Below are positions 36,622 to 49,124 of a stretch of DNA of 64,000 nt, in pieces. Every line of letters begins with the position of its first letter. The stretch's first letter is position 1. The position numbers and the translations under genes were made by a program. Source of the DNA: Octopus bimaculoides (lineage: Eukaryota); NCBI RefSeq assembly GCF_001194135.2, contig NC_068986.1, positions 30,637,974 through 30,701,973 of the forward strand. The letters run 5' to 3'. Below the pieces are notes generated by a model. That model had not been told where the DNA came from. It searched no databases and was given only the letters and a program-made list of their open reading frames with translations.

Positions 36622-37054
36622 NNNNNNNNNNATATATATATATATATACATATATATAATATATATATATATATATATAATGGTCTTCCATACAGTTTCC
36701 ATTTTCCAGATTTTACTCAGAGTATTAATCAGCCTGGTGCTATATTGTAGAAGACACTTGTCCAAAAAGTCACTCAGTGAGACTGAACCCAAAATTACAT
36801 GGTTACAAAGCCAACTTGTTAACCACACACTTAGTGAAAAGATATAAACTAATTTGTTAATTTAGTTTTAAATGTTTTGAATTTTCCTCAAATATTACCC
36901 TGTTGTTTTTATCCCTACTCATTCATAAAGTAGTTGAGGTAGAGGTGTGGTGGGAAGGAAGGAACTTGCTGTTTTTTTAAAGGATGAATCATTAGTGAAT
37001 GAATAGGCTGTTTGATAAATCAGTTCCTCTATAGCAATCTGTTTATTTTTTCAG

Positions 37055-37081
37055 GCTACCAGATATTAGATATCTCCCTAA
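37055..37081 (+). CDS. candidate 27-nt micro-exon upstream of Smurf exon at 41458
   Basis: Strong acceptor (gtttattttttcag) and donor (AA|gtaagt). Open in phase 1 to 1 (xYQILDISL), compatible with the 41458 exon. No homology recognised. Confidence 0.2.
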
Positions 37082-37454
37082 GTAAGTTGGGTTTAATGAA
37101 TAATAAGATTCACATGGCATGTATGTGTGTATCTGTGTGTGTGTGTGTGCTGCAAAGAGAGTCCTCTTCAACTGTCTGTGATTTGGCTAATCTACACTCT
37201 ACAACCACTGGCTGGCCCTTTGTCAAATCTCTCTCTCTATCTCTATCTCTCCTATCCTTTTTGAGCTTTCTGTAACTGTTCATTTAATCTCCCTATAAAA
37301 CTGTAGCCTACTTAGAACATCAATGAAAACTAAGCAAAATAAAAAAAAAAGATAAGGAAATACATATATAGAAGAATTTGGGCTTTTAGCCTCGCATGAC
37401 TATTTTAGGATAAACATGATCAATGAAATAAGTAGAATGGCAAACCAAGAAGGG

Positions 37455-37660
37455 AGGCACTAAATGGTCACTGTACCTTCTCAAACCAGCAGCCAAATCT
37501 TATTCAAATCACACTGTAGTCTTAAAATGAGAGACTTATTGGGTAATATGCTTAATCCTAGATATATTATAACTGAAAAAAATATGTGACTGGTCACAAC
37601 TGGATTGACTCTGATTATTGACCTGCTTGATCAGGGCTAAACAGGGACTGAACAACTAGA
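37455..37660 (+). repeat. interspersed repeat family E copy
   Basis: ggtcactgtacc..gcagccaaatc..gacctgcttgatcagggctaaacagggactgaacaac. Confidence 0.6.
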
Positions 37661-37814
37661 AATACTTACAGGAGGTCTTGTGGTTTTTAACCTGAGTGGT
37701 AGTACCCCTTTGGATATTTTATGAGCTCATAATGGGGCACTGGGTGTTTTGAAGAATTTTGATTTTTGTCTTAGCAATAGAATATTTGAATCGAGTACAA
37801 TTCTTATATTTCAA

Positions 37815-37978
37815 CCCTTTATCATCCAAATTACTTTGTCAAATGTAATGCTTATCTTGTAGCATCGAGATTTTGTTGATGTGATTGTTTATTTTAAAAT
37901 TGACATATTGTAGAGTGTGTGTGATAGACTGGATCTGGCCAGTTGGGGCCTAGTGTGGCTGGTTTAAATGCTAAAGAG
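37815..37978. mobile_element. piggyBac-like MITE
   Basis: Ends ccctttatcat and atgctaaagag, flanked by tcaa and ttaa (TTAA-type target). Related pieces occur at ~11970, ~15790 and ~19480-19720. Confidence 0.55.
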
Positions 37979-38282
37979 TTAAACACAGATTACACACCAC
38001 ACTATTTGTGTGACAGTGACATCTGTTTTCAGTTAGCATGTGATATCAAAACAAGGGAACTAATGCACATCTTTACATATGCATACACTCATGCATGCAC
38101 AACATAGCAGTTTTCTCAGTTTCCACTTAAATTCTCTCAACAGTTTGGTTACCTCAGGGCTGTAATAGAAAATACTTTGTCAAAGTGATGTGTTGTAGGA
38201 CTGAACTCAAAACCAATTTTGGTTTCCAATGAACTTCTTAACCCCCCACAGCCATATCTATACCTTTAGTGTGTATGCTTAT

Positions 38283-38565
38283 CTCTTATCTTTTACTTGT
38301 TTCGATCATTAGACTGCAGCTATGCTACGGCACCTCCTTGAACGATTTTTAGTTGAATGAGTCAGTGCCAGCACATTTTTTTGTAAAGCCTAGTACTTAT
38401 CCTATCAGTTTCTTTTTTGCTGAACCACTAAGTTATGGGGTCAAAAACACTAACACCAGTTATCAAGGAGTGGTAGGGAACAAATACAGACACACATACA
38501 TACAACAGGCTTCTTTCATTTTCCATCTACCAAATCCACTCACAAAGTTTTGGTCAGCTTTAAAT
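38283..38565 (-). mobile_element. SINE family A, 5'-truncated copy
   Basis: Tail (cttttacttgtttc..cattagactg) and body up to ccaaatccactcacaaag are present; the head is absent. Confidence 0.75.
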
Positions 38566-38716
38566 TCCACCAAGGTCAGCTTTGCCTTTCAGCTGTCATG
38601 GGTTGATGACATATGACACCAGTTAAGAACTGCTGTTTGACAGAATTGTCTTATGCTTCCTCTTGAAATTGCATGCCTTGTGCCTAAATTAGAAACAATT
38701 ATTACTTTATTTTTTA

Positions 38717-38930
38717 AGGTGGTGAACTGGTTGAATCATTTGTGTGTCAGAAAATGCTTAGTGGCATTTTTTCTGACTCTTTACATTCTGAGTTCAAATC
38801 CCAGTGAGGTCGATTTTGACTTTCACCCTTTCAGGGTTAATAAAATCAAGTTCCAGTCAAGTACTGGAGGTGATGCAATCAACTTAACCCTTCCCCTAAA
38901 TTAGCTGGCCTTGTGCCAAAATTTGAAAGG
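38717..38930 (+). mobile_element. SINE family C copy
   Basis: Colinear with 6297-6522. Confidence 0.78.
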
Positions 38931-41457
38931 ATTTTCATTACTATCATTATTGAAATAGTAATCGCACCATAATATAACTGCTTTAAGTGATTATGTAAAA
39001 ACTTTGAAGATGTACATTGTTCAATTAATGTCACCAATGCTCCTAATCTTTTTATATAATCTAAACTGTCTGTGGAAATTGATAACTTTTGACAAATCAG
39101 AAGGCAGTTTGTTAGAATTTTTCCGTGAAGCCTGAAATTGGAAGTTCTTAAACATTCTGTTGCTCAAGAATCAAGCATTGAAGTATAAAAATAAAACTGA
39201 TAACTCTAATTGAATTAAGTCAACTTACAACTTTCAATGGTTCTGCTTATCTTATTCTAGTTTACCATTATAGGAATTGGAAGTTTGTGTTATTTTCGTC
39301 AAAACTGTGTTTCTGTTTTCGTTTTTGACCCATCACTTTTGAATTGCTACGGTTCTACCATCCAAACTAATATTTATATGCATTAGATTTTTATAACATT
39401 TTATGCTGAAATATTATTTAAAGAACAAACAGCTAACTTTTTTTTTTTTTCTTTTAATCTTTTCATAACTATGTGGTGTTGTTAGTCGTTCCTGAAACTA
39501 GAACAAATAATTCAGATTACACATTTATCTGCTAACTGCAGTGTAATATATTCTTGTCTACTATTCAGATTTATTTAAGAAATATTAACTTTTTTTTTTT
39601 TTTTTTTTTTTTTTTCTCAATTCCTGTTGAGTTTCTACTACATTTACTATTGAAACAGATGGAATTGATAATTCTGGAACATGTCTAAACTTTTTAACCC
39701 AACCATATAATACATTACAAGAGCTCTTACTCTTTAGTCAGTGAACAACATGTTACTCTTGTTCCAATTTATCTTTCATAACATTACATAGAAGAGAATT
39801 TAAATCTGGCCTTTTCAAATATCAACAGAATTAAAAACAGTTATCCAATTCAGAAAATGTGTCTTTTAGTACCTTACTGTTGACATTTTACAACAATTTG
39901 ATAATTAAATTTGAGTTGGGTTTGCTGCAACAACTGCACAGCAATTTTCAGTTGACATATTTTTTTTTTAAACATTTCAAGAATAGATGTATTTCCATTC
40001 CATTATAGAAGTCTTCTGAGTGTATTAATTTTCTTGATTTTAATTAAATATCTTAAATAGAGGTTTTAACTTATTTGACATTTAATTTGATTATCTAATT
40101 TGGATTTGCAATTGCGTAATAATTATTTGGCTCCCTGGTATAATATAAAAGATAATATAATATATAAAAATAAAACAAAAGTTAAATAATATGAAGCTAG
40201 GTTAATGCTTGTGTAAATAATGGAGAAACTAATGTTAATCCTAGCCAATTTACTGTTAGTTTTTATTTAATTCCTACTTTTACTAGTTTACACATCTCTT
40301 TTTGTCAAAAGTATGATTAAATAGAGAAGTTTACTATAAGAAAATCATTTGTTTATTTACTCTGTACTATAAAATCATTGTTAGATCATGCTGATATAAT
40401 CCATTCCTTCAGTGAGTCATTCAGAAAAAAAAAAATTTATTTAGGTTTTAGTTAAGTTCAGCCTACCAGAGTAAATATTTGCAATCATAAATATTTTGTT
40501 TTTGCTTTGATCTCCAGTTTTCTTTGGGAAAATAACTGCAATATGTCACAGATTGCACACTAAATAGTTGCTGTTGTAAGTTCTAAATTATCCCATGAAA
40601 TCAGGTCTACAGTAAATTTGGCCTACATAGAATTAAAATTTTTCAAAAAAACGACCTATATCTAGGGGTTAAATGGATGTCTCTGGAATAATGTATAGAA
40701 TTTAACTGTGGTTTCTTCATTATTTTGGCTTCTCTTTACAACCAGTTGGCTGCTTTGTCATGGTCAATAAGTATTAGATAAAATTAGCCAGGAGTAATCA
40801 TTCTTCTATGTAATCTGCTTCTGTTAGCACTCTACCATTCCATCTAATAGATAACAAAATGGTGAAACCTACAACTGGCATTACAATTAAGCATTTCTCC
40901 CCCTTCCCCTCTTATTTTTAATCAAATTCTCTCGAAACTTAATGCTATGATTTAATGAGATTTGTTCCTTGAATCTTAGTTTGTTTCTTAATCTGTTTGT
41001 CTGATAGTTATCAGTCTTGTAAACTGCCAAATACTGCATTGATTTGATGGACAGTAGAATCCTACAGGGTTAATGTACAATAGGCATGTCAAACAGATAA
41101 GCAATATGTCAACAGTTAAAATGAATATATATATATATATATATATATAAATGCTATATAAAGGGCTTCCATTTTCAATTTGAATATCTTCCTTTTCTGT
41201 GTATAATTAATCAATATCTGTTACAGACATTTTGCAGACTGCAGCTTCTTTTAGAGTCAAAGATGTTTTCACGATTATAGATTTTTGTCGTTTTAAACCA
41301 AGCATTTTTGGAGACTATTTGGATTCTGCAAGTATGATGGTATAGCTAGATAATGTTACTTTACTGAAACTAATATGAATACCTTATATTTAATAATCAA
41401 TCTATACTGTTTTATATCACCATGTTTATCTTGTTTCTTTTTGTCTTTCTTTTTCAG

Positions 41458-41496
41458 TTCTCTGTTCTAAGAACCTAGCTAAAAAAGATTTCTTTA
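41458..41496 (+). CDS. Smurf: Smurf E3 ubiquitin ligase, internal coding exon (start of C2 domain), 39 nt, phase 1 to 1
   Basis: Acceptor tctttctttttcag and donor A|gtaagt. Translates (V/I)LCSKNLAKKDFF(R), matching the LCAKNLxKKDFFR motif of SMURF1/2, and splices in frame to the 45139 exon (A+GG = Arg). Confidence 0.93.
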
Positions 41497-41544
41497 GTAA
41501 GTATTTCCCTTTTCTTTTCCATTTATTTCCATCCTCCGATGCTT

Positions 41545-41557
41545 TCTCTCTCTCTCT

Positions 41558-41607
<50 letters not shown>
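41545..41607. repeat. (CT)n-(AC)n compound microsatellite ~50 nt downstream of the Smurf 39-nt exon donor
   Basis: Direct reading. Confidence 0.97.
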
Positions 41608-41608
<1 letters not shown>

Positions 41609-42494
41609 GTGAAGAAATATTTATATTGATTTTGGTTTTATATAATTCGGTTTACAATTTGTTTCTTATTAGCTATTTTCGGACACCAACATCATAAAAG
41701 TGCAAATGAATTGAAAATTCAGTTTTTCCCTCTTTAGAGAAAAAATCTATTTGACAACAAGTATTATCTTCATATTTATATGATAAGTGAACTGGAAAGT
41801 TGCAATGTTTATGGCTTTCCCAGATTTCTATGGGAAATTTTACTTTATTCCGATCTATTTTACTTCACTCTGAGAAAGGTGAAAATATGTTAGCAATTAT
41901 ACCTTGGAAGAGCTATTTAACTATCATTTTTAAAAAAGAGAGAAAATTTACTTTCCATCTATTTCTAGAAATGACAAAAATTTTGTTGCACTACTCTGAC
42001 CTCTCTGGCACAGTGCCATTGCAAGTGTCCAAGACAGTTCTAGATATATTTTGGTCTTCTTAGACCTTCCTCATGCAATGACTTCACTGTACTTGCTGAA
42101 GTGATAAGACACTACTTAATCTTAGTAATCTGAGGGAAATTTGTGTTGGTTATGACCTTCAGTAAACTGATAAAATTGTTGTATATTCAATTGTTTGTTT
42201 ATATCCATTTTTTTTTTCCATGCTGGCATGGGTTAGATGAATATATTATTAAAACTTGTTTTACAGATAGGTGCCCTTCCTGTTGCTAACTCTTATCAAA
42301 TTTTTTTTTGGGGGGGGGTATGACATCTCTTATTCCCCACATCTTAGGAGGTACAGAGATAGTGAATGAGCTATTTGATCAGAAATGATGATGAAAGTCA
42401 GTTTGTAACTTATTTTCAGATGAAAGCAAATGTAAAACATACTGATATACATGCCACACGCATGTGTGTGTGTGCGTATATATATATATGCTGT

Positions 42495-42660
42495 AGGCGC
42501 AAGAGTGGCTGTGTGGTAAGTAGCTTGCTTACCAACCACATGGTTCCGGGTTCAGTCCCACTGCGTGGCACTTTGGGCAAGTGTCTTCTACTATAGCCTC
42601 GGGCCGACCAAAGCCTTGTGAGTGGATTTGGTAGACGGAAACTGAAAGAAGCCCGTCGTA

Positions 42661-42691
<31 letters not shown>

Positions 42692-43265
42692 NNNNNNNNN
42701 NNNNNNNNNNNNNNNNNNNNNNNNNNNNNNNNNNNNNNNNNNNNNNNNNNNNNNNNNNNNNNNNNNNNNNNNNNNNNNNNNNNNNNNNNNNNNNNNNNNN
42801 NNNNNNNNNNNNNNNNNNNNNNNNNNNNNNNNNNNNNNNNNNNNNNNNNNNNNNNNNNNNNNNNNNNNNNNNNNNNNNNNNNNNNNNNNNNNNNNNNNNN
42901 NNNNNNNNNNNNNNNNNNNNNNNNNNNNNGTGATATCGATAGTATTATTGGACACTCAGGAAAGGAAAGAGAGAGTGTATGACGTTTCGGGCGTAGCCCT
43001 TCGTCGGAAAGATGGAAAGTTCGGAGAATGGAAGAACGGAGAAATATATATGTATGTGTGTTTATATGTCTGTGTTTGTCCCCCCACCATCGCTTGACAT
43101 CCGATGCTGGTGTGTTTACGTCCCCGTAACTTAGCGGTTCGGCAAAAAGAGACCGGTAGAATAAGTACTAGGCTTACAAAGAATAAGTCCTGGGGTTGAT
43201 TTCCTCGACTAAAGGTGGTGTTCCAGCATGGCCGCAGTCAAATGACTGAAACAAGTAAAAGAGAA
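42495..43265 (+). mobile_element. tRNA-derived SINE, family A (CORE-like cttgggcaag block, internal microsatellite), interrupted by gap and Penelope fragment
   Basis: Head gagtggctgtgtggtaagtagc..ggttccgggttcagtccc, internal (TA)n/(TG)n, and tail gactgaaacaagtaaaagag. It is the reverse complement of 51681-52072. Confidence 0.9.
42930..43035 (-). mobile_element. Penelope-like retroelement terminal fragment with hammerhead-like motif
   Basis: The minus strand reads tttCCGACGAagggctacgcccGAAACGTCa at 43010-42980, the layout typical of Penelope pseudo-LTR hammerhead motifs. It is nested in SINE family A and truncated by a gap. Confidence 0.55.
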
Positions 43266-44089
43266 TAGGTTACATGTGTACCAAATCCATTCACAAAATT
43301 TTGATAGGCCCAGGATTATTATAGTAAAGACCTTCTGGCCAAAGTACCTTACATTGAAACTGAACCTGGAACTACATGTTTGGGAAGCAAACTTCTTAAC
43401 CATTCAGTCATACCTGTACCAACTATATACATATATATGTATATATAAACAGATCATGAATATGTTGAGTGCGTGCATATACGTAAAAAATATTTATGAA
43501 AAAAAAAAAAAATGGACAATGAAGTTCCATTGTGCTCAGCCACTGTTTTAGGGTCACATCAGCAAATGTTCTGTTGGTTACATGTATGTATTTAATGCTC
43601 ATATAAAGGATTCCTTTGATGAGAGAGGCAAAATAATGGGTAGGGGGTGTATAAGCTATGGAATTCAGTCCTACTTTCAAAAGTAAATACCAATGTTGAA
43701 ATGTTACTATACACTTAGATACCAATACAACAGACTTAATGTTATCTTCTGTAGTTATGGTTCTCAAACTGTTTTTACTTGCAGTACACTTCAGAAGAAA
43801 TAAAAATACTTCACTGCACTCTCGAGCAAATAAAAAATATATCAGAGCACTTTGTACATAGTTAAGAGGAAAGTTATTTATTCTAGCCTATAAATAAATT
43901 ATTTAAACCATGCAAAATTATTAAGCACTTCTTATGATAAAAAAGTGAGTGTATTTAATTTATGTATTTATGCATGTTGTATTGTGGCCCATTGTTTTGC
44001 ACGTATGTAGTTGAAATTTTTCTTAGGAGTTCATTTTTCAATGAGAAAGTCATGAGCTGTGTGACTTTTAGGTTCTGTAGTTGTAAATT

Positions 44090-44230
44090 TAGCCACATAA
44101 AAAGCACCCAGTACTCTCTGTAAACTGGTTGGCATTAAGCAAGGGCATCCACCCATAGAAACCACGCCTAGACATAATCGGAGCCTGGTGCAGCTCTCCG
44201 GCTGGCTGGCTCCTGTGAAACCCTCCAACC
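44090..44230 (+). mobile_element. (GAT)n-tailed retroelement 3' end, family F (RTE-like tail)
   Basis: aagggcatcc..tagaaacc..caacccatgccagcatggag..gacattaactgatgatgatt. More than 10 related pieces occur in the window. Confidence 0.7.
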
Positions 44231-45138
44231 CATGCCAGCATGGAGAATGGACATTAACTGATGATGATTATAAACCATCTTCTGAAGAGTCTGCATGGAA
44301 CACAGTTTTGAGTGAATCAACAATCTCAGACCAACGGAAGGATTTTCAACACCTTTGTAAGCAAGTTATATAATTGTTAGAGCTTAGGACAAAATACTTT
44401 GCAGTGTTTAGTTACATACAGCTCTTTACAGTTTTGTGTTGAAATACTGTCAATGTCAACTTTACCTTTCATTGTTAGCATTAAGAATGAAAGGCGGAAT
44501 TCAGATGGATTTAAGCATGGCTGTGTGATTAAGTTCACTTCACAGTAATGGTTCTGAGTTCAATCCCACTGTTCAGTACCTTGGGTAAATGTCTTCTAGC
44601 ATAGTCCCGGGTTGATCAATAAATTTGCAAGGGGAATCTGCAGAAGCCAATGGTGTAAATGTGCCTTTCAGCAAAGGACAAAACGTAGTTGATAATCCCT
44701 CATCACCACCCTAATAAAATTCGGTGATCTATGAAGCCTTTTGAAATAGTTACAGGCACTCCTGTTTCAAAAAATACTCAGAAATACATTGAACTGTGAT
44801 TGGTTCATTGAAAGTCTACAACCAACAACATTATTGCTCCCAAATTGCAATGTNNNNNNNNNNNNNGGGGGGGGGGGGTTACTCACACATTTACACTCAC
44901 ACAAACAAGCAAATAAATCACTTTAGGGGGCTGGTGAACAAAGTATACCAGTCGTGTACTGTTTGATTCAATTGACTTCATCCTTTCTCTACAAATCTGC
45001 GACCTACATCACTTTCCTACAAGAATGTTGTGGCCTGTACATTCTTTCTTGTGAATTTTGTGTCTCACTATCAAAGCTAGATATCTTTGTGTTATTTCAA
45101 CATATTAGTAGCAATCTTTCTTTCTTTTTCTTCCACAG

Positions 45139-45247
45139 GGTTACCAGATCCTTTTGCCAAAATAAGTGTTGATGGTTCAGGGCAGTGCCACTCAACAGAA
45201 CCTTGTAAAAATACTCTTGATCCTAAGTGGAACCAACATTATGACTT
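45139..45247 (+). CDS. Smurf: Smurf E3 ubiquitin ligase, internal coding exon (C2 domain), 109 nt, phase 1 to 2
   Basis: Acceptor tttttcttccacag and donor TT|gtaagc. Translates (R)LPDPFAKISVDGSGQCHSTEPCKNTLDPKWNQHYD(L), near-identical to the SMURF1/2 C2 segment LPDPFAKxVVDGSGQCHSTDTVKNTLDPKWNQHYDL. Confidence 0.97.
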
Positions 45248-48200
45248 GTAAGCATATGCATGTATTTATTACATTCAATTTTCTCCCAAAATCTATCCCT
45301 GCTCTCACAATGGATTTAAGTTGCCCACCCCCCTTTTTTTTTTACTCTCCTCTGAATCCAATCTGCCCCTAACCTAAATAAGCTTCCTATTGAAGTATTA
45401 CATATACTTCAGGTATTTGCTGTTGAAACTGGGTCATTGTTCTTGTCCTCTATAAGTAACTTTAATTCTCCTGTTGACCTAAATTGTCTTCTGCTTAATA
45501 CTATGCAGATAACCCCTTTTTAAGCCTGCTGCATTAATTATTAGAATTATCAGATTTCTGTTCGAAATAAATAAAATATAAAGGGGAAAAAAAGTGAAGT
45601 TTTTCATGACTTGCTTTTAGTAATGAGGCCGGTGATAAATGTTAGAGGTATTTGATGGTTAGGCCACTGAATTAAATTTATTAACAGTTTATGTCTAATC
45701 CTATTTCAGTGGGGGAAAAAATACATAAAAATTATGTCTTGAAAGTTTTTCAATATTTTTTTTTTTTTCATATATATTTTTAATTTTGCTTTTTATCAGT
45801 TACTTGGAGTTTTAAAACTTTCTTATGAACTACAGAGAAGCCAAGCAAAAGTTAAAAAGAAAGTAATATATATGAAAAAAAATCAATGGTTTCAAAAAAA
45901 TTTGTATAGTTGTTACTATGTTTTTACTTTTAGAATAATATTTAAAAAAAAAAAATATTGTTAGGTTTGNNNNNNNNNNNNNNNNNNNNNNNNNNNNNNN
46001 NNNNNNNNNNNNNNNNNNNNNNNNNNNNNNNNNNNNNNNNNNNNNNNNNNNNNNNNNNNNNNNNNNNNNNNNNNNNNNNNNNNNNNNNNNNNNNNNNNNN
46101 NNNNNNNNNNNNNNNNNNNNNNNTTTTTTTTTTTTTTTTTTTTCTGTCGCCACCACCATGAAAATAATATATTCAATCTCACACTGAACAAAGAGTTTTA
46201 GTGTACTAACTGATGCAACTATGCCATTGGTTGGAGCCAACCCCTAAAGTTAGATAGGCACACATACTAGAGCCATTGTCAACAAGATTTTAAGGTCAAC
46301 AGGTTCTTTTTTTTCCCCATAACAGTTTTCATTGAGAAATTTAACTCTTAAAGTTTGGAGTGTGTAGATGTTTAATTTATATTTTTTAATTTTTTAAAAT
46401 TTTCTTATATGTTTTCATTTTCATTCATCAGATGCAATAAACAAGCTTAGTCACTCTAGAATGATCATTTGTAATATTATTTAAACAAGAGTAAAGGTTA
46501 ATCTTATCAAAATTAATCCGATGCAGCTTCATTCATTATACTCTTAAACTCCTTTGTTCCTTCAGCTCAACTTGGCATTAAGAAAAAAAAATATATTCAT
46601 CATTACTAGTTTTTAGAGTTGGCTGTAAGAAGACATTTACTCTGAACATTCACACTGACATCTGAATTTATGTAGCCATCTTAACTATACTAGCAAGAAA
46701 ACTAATATAAGTTTAGTATTATATGTGCAATACACTTTTGCTCAGTATTTCTATGTATTTCTCATTTTCTGCACTGTTTGTAAACCTTTTGCTTTTGAAT
46801 TTAGCAGATGGCATGTATTTTATAAAATGTTTAGGTTTCCATTATCATAGTGTTAAACATACCTTCTTCCAGTAATAATATGGCAGAAGAAAATACCTAC
46901 AAGGATCACATATAGGGTCTTGCTCACATTTGTAATATGAGCTGAAAATTTTCACTCATCTATGATTGTCCTTGCAATTAATAAACAAAACCCTCTCAGG
47001 GAAGTGTTTAACCTCTAAAAACAAAAAAATACAGAAGATAACTCTAATAAAATCATTCAAATTATTTTTTTGATAAGAATCATAATCAGATAGATGGGAT
47101 TGTTTAGTGCCAAAGATACACTACTATATGGAAGAGAACTTCGCATTTTTTAAAAAAATTTTTATAAAAATAGTTTTGTGTGTGCATGTATCTGCTTTGG
47201 CTTGGGCCCTCGCCTCCTGATAGAATCATAGGAGTGCCATCATGATATATGATGTGTGCCTGACATTTTTAAGCTTGGAGGAGCCTGTCCCTCTCTGGGT
47301 TGGATGACAGCCAATTTCTTCCAGAAAGTGAGAGAAAGAAGAGAATCTACCCTAAAACAGGAATGGTATATAATTTATCAACCCAGAAATGATGAATAGC
47401 CAACTGCAGAGAGCTGGGTTGATTACCACAAAGCAATCTATCCAGTGCTCTGGTCCTGTCAATTGGCGACTTGTGTGTATATTTATCCAGAGTGAAGGCA
47501 CATGGCCTAAATGGTTTGGGTATTCAGCTCACATCTTTGCAAGTTGAGCAGGTGATTTGTTGGCATACATGGCAACAACAACTCAAAGTGAACAGTTTTG
47601 TTAAGCACAAATGTATGCAGACACATAAACACAACAGGTTTTTGTCAGTCTCCACATACTAAATTTCAATCACAAGGCTTTGGTCAACCCAAGACAATTG
47701 TAAGAGACACTTGCCCAGGGTACTGTAATGTGAGATTAAATGAACTTAACATAGCCATATCTGTGGGGAGAGGGTATTTTCTGTAATAGTGGGCAGCTGG
47801 TCTTTGGTAAATGTATAAGCTTTTAAAGACCATGTGACTTAGAACAGAAGGTAGTAAGCCAAAATAGGTGTTTTAAGATGATATCTATATTTGTGTCTTA
47901 TCACATAATGGCTGGATCTCAGTCTCATGTACTTGTCAAAGAAAGTTCTTTTTCTTATACACAGTCTGGCTTCCATGGTGAAGAGTAAATATAGTTCTAG
48001 GTGTTTCATTATTAAGATTTTTGCCCACCACCTATTTATTAATGAGAGAACAAAATATAGTTTGCATCCATATAATTCTGTCTTGTGTTGTTGGACAGGT
48101 TTAAAAAGTTTGAGACTATCTTAATTTTATTAAGTATGACAAAATGTCTACCTCTTTATCAATCAACAGTGCCATAGTCTTGTCATGTCTGCTTTGTCAC

Positions 48201-49124
48201 TCACAACACCTCCATGACAACAAACACTTTTCCAATTGTTCCTCCCCTGGGATTTCAAACTGAACATTAACTACATTGATCAAACGTCTCCAATATAAGA
48301 GATAAAAATGCAACTCAGACAGGTATTCAAAAAAAATGACTTTCAATTTGTTAATGAAACATGTTACCAATACATTGATTCTGATTGGTTAAATCTGGTG
48401 CAGTTAATTAATAGAAATTATTATTTGTATATTTTTAAAATTTTATTTAAAAGAAATTAAATATTTTAATAATTGCTGCCAGAGGAAAGACTGGGTTTAT
48501 ACTTTTTAAAAGTTTCTCTAATTATCAGTTTTCACTTTTTTTCATCTTTTTAAAATCAAAATATATCTGTAAAATATAAAATATCACATGAAACATTTTA
48601 TCATAGCCTGTCATCTATCACTTAGTTTTTGTGATAATTATAATGATAATTCTCTAGACTAGTTGCATGGTCAAAACAAAACAGCTGAATTTATGACTAG
48701 ATTGATGCTCTAGAAATCTAGAAACTGTTTGAATGATTTTGTGTGTGTTATCACAAGTATTTTCACATAATGTTATGAAAGTAAGATTGACAAATTGAAG
48801 AGAACATTGAATTGACTGCTGTTCAGCTTAGAACTGTCCAGTGACCTACAATGAAAATTAACTGAGAGTAACTTGGCTTGCAAAAACATAAAATTGGCAG
48901 AACTGTAGGGAAGATGCTTTGCCAAAATAATGATAATAATAATAAAGACTAAGCAAAATTAACATGGGGTAATTGTCTGTAATTATTGCTTTTGGCAACT
49001 TCAGTGACCTAATATTCCTTCAAAAATGAATATCTATTCAGAAGCACCGACTATTTCAGTTTCCCATCAATTTTGGGTTCTACACAAATTTCAGTCTTAT
49101 TCTGTAGTTATATTAATGAATTCT

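Larger units (their letters stand above)
8180..46123. other. assembly gaps (N-runs) at 8180-9142, 23052-23231, 28514-29347, 36622-36631, 42692-42929, 44854-44866, 45970-46123
   Basis: Direct reading. Most gaps abut simple repeats or homopolymers. Confidence 0.99.

Noticed and set aside
7650-46240. Long ORFs in the track spanning N-runs (7650-9479, 28435-29445 set, 42416-43097, 45830-46240, 22945-23482 set)
   Set aside because: Their length comes from X residues, because Ns contain no stops. The flanks are simple repeats.
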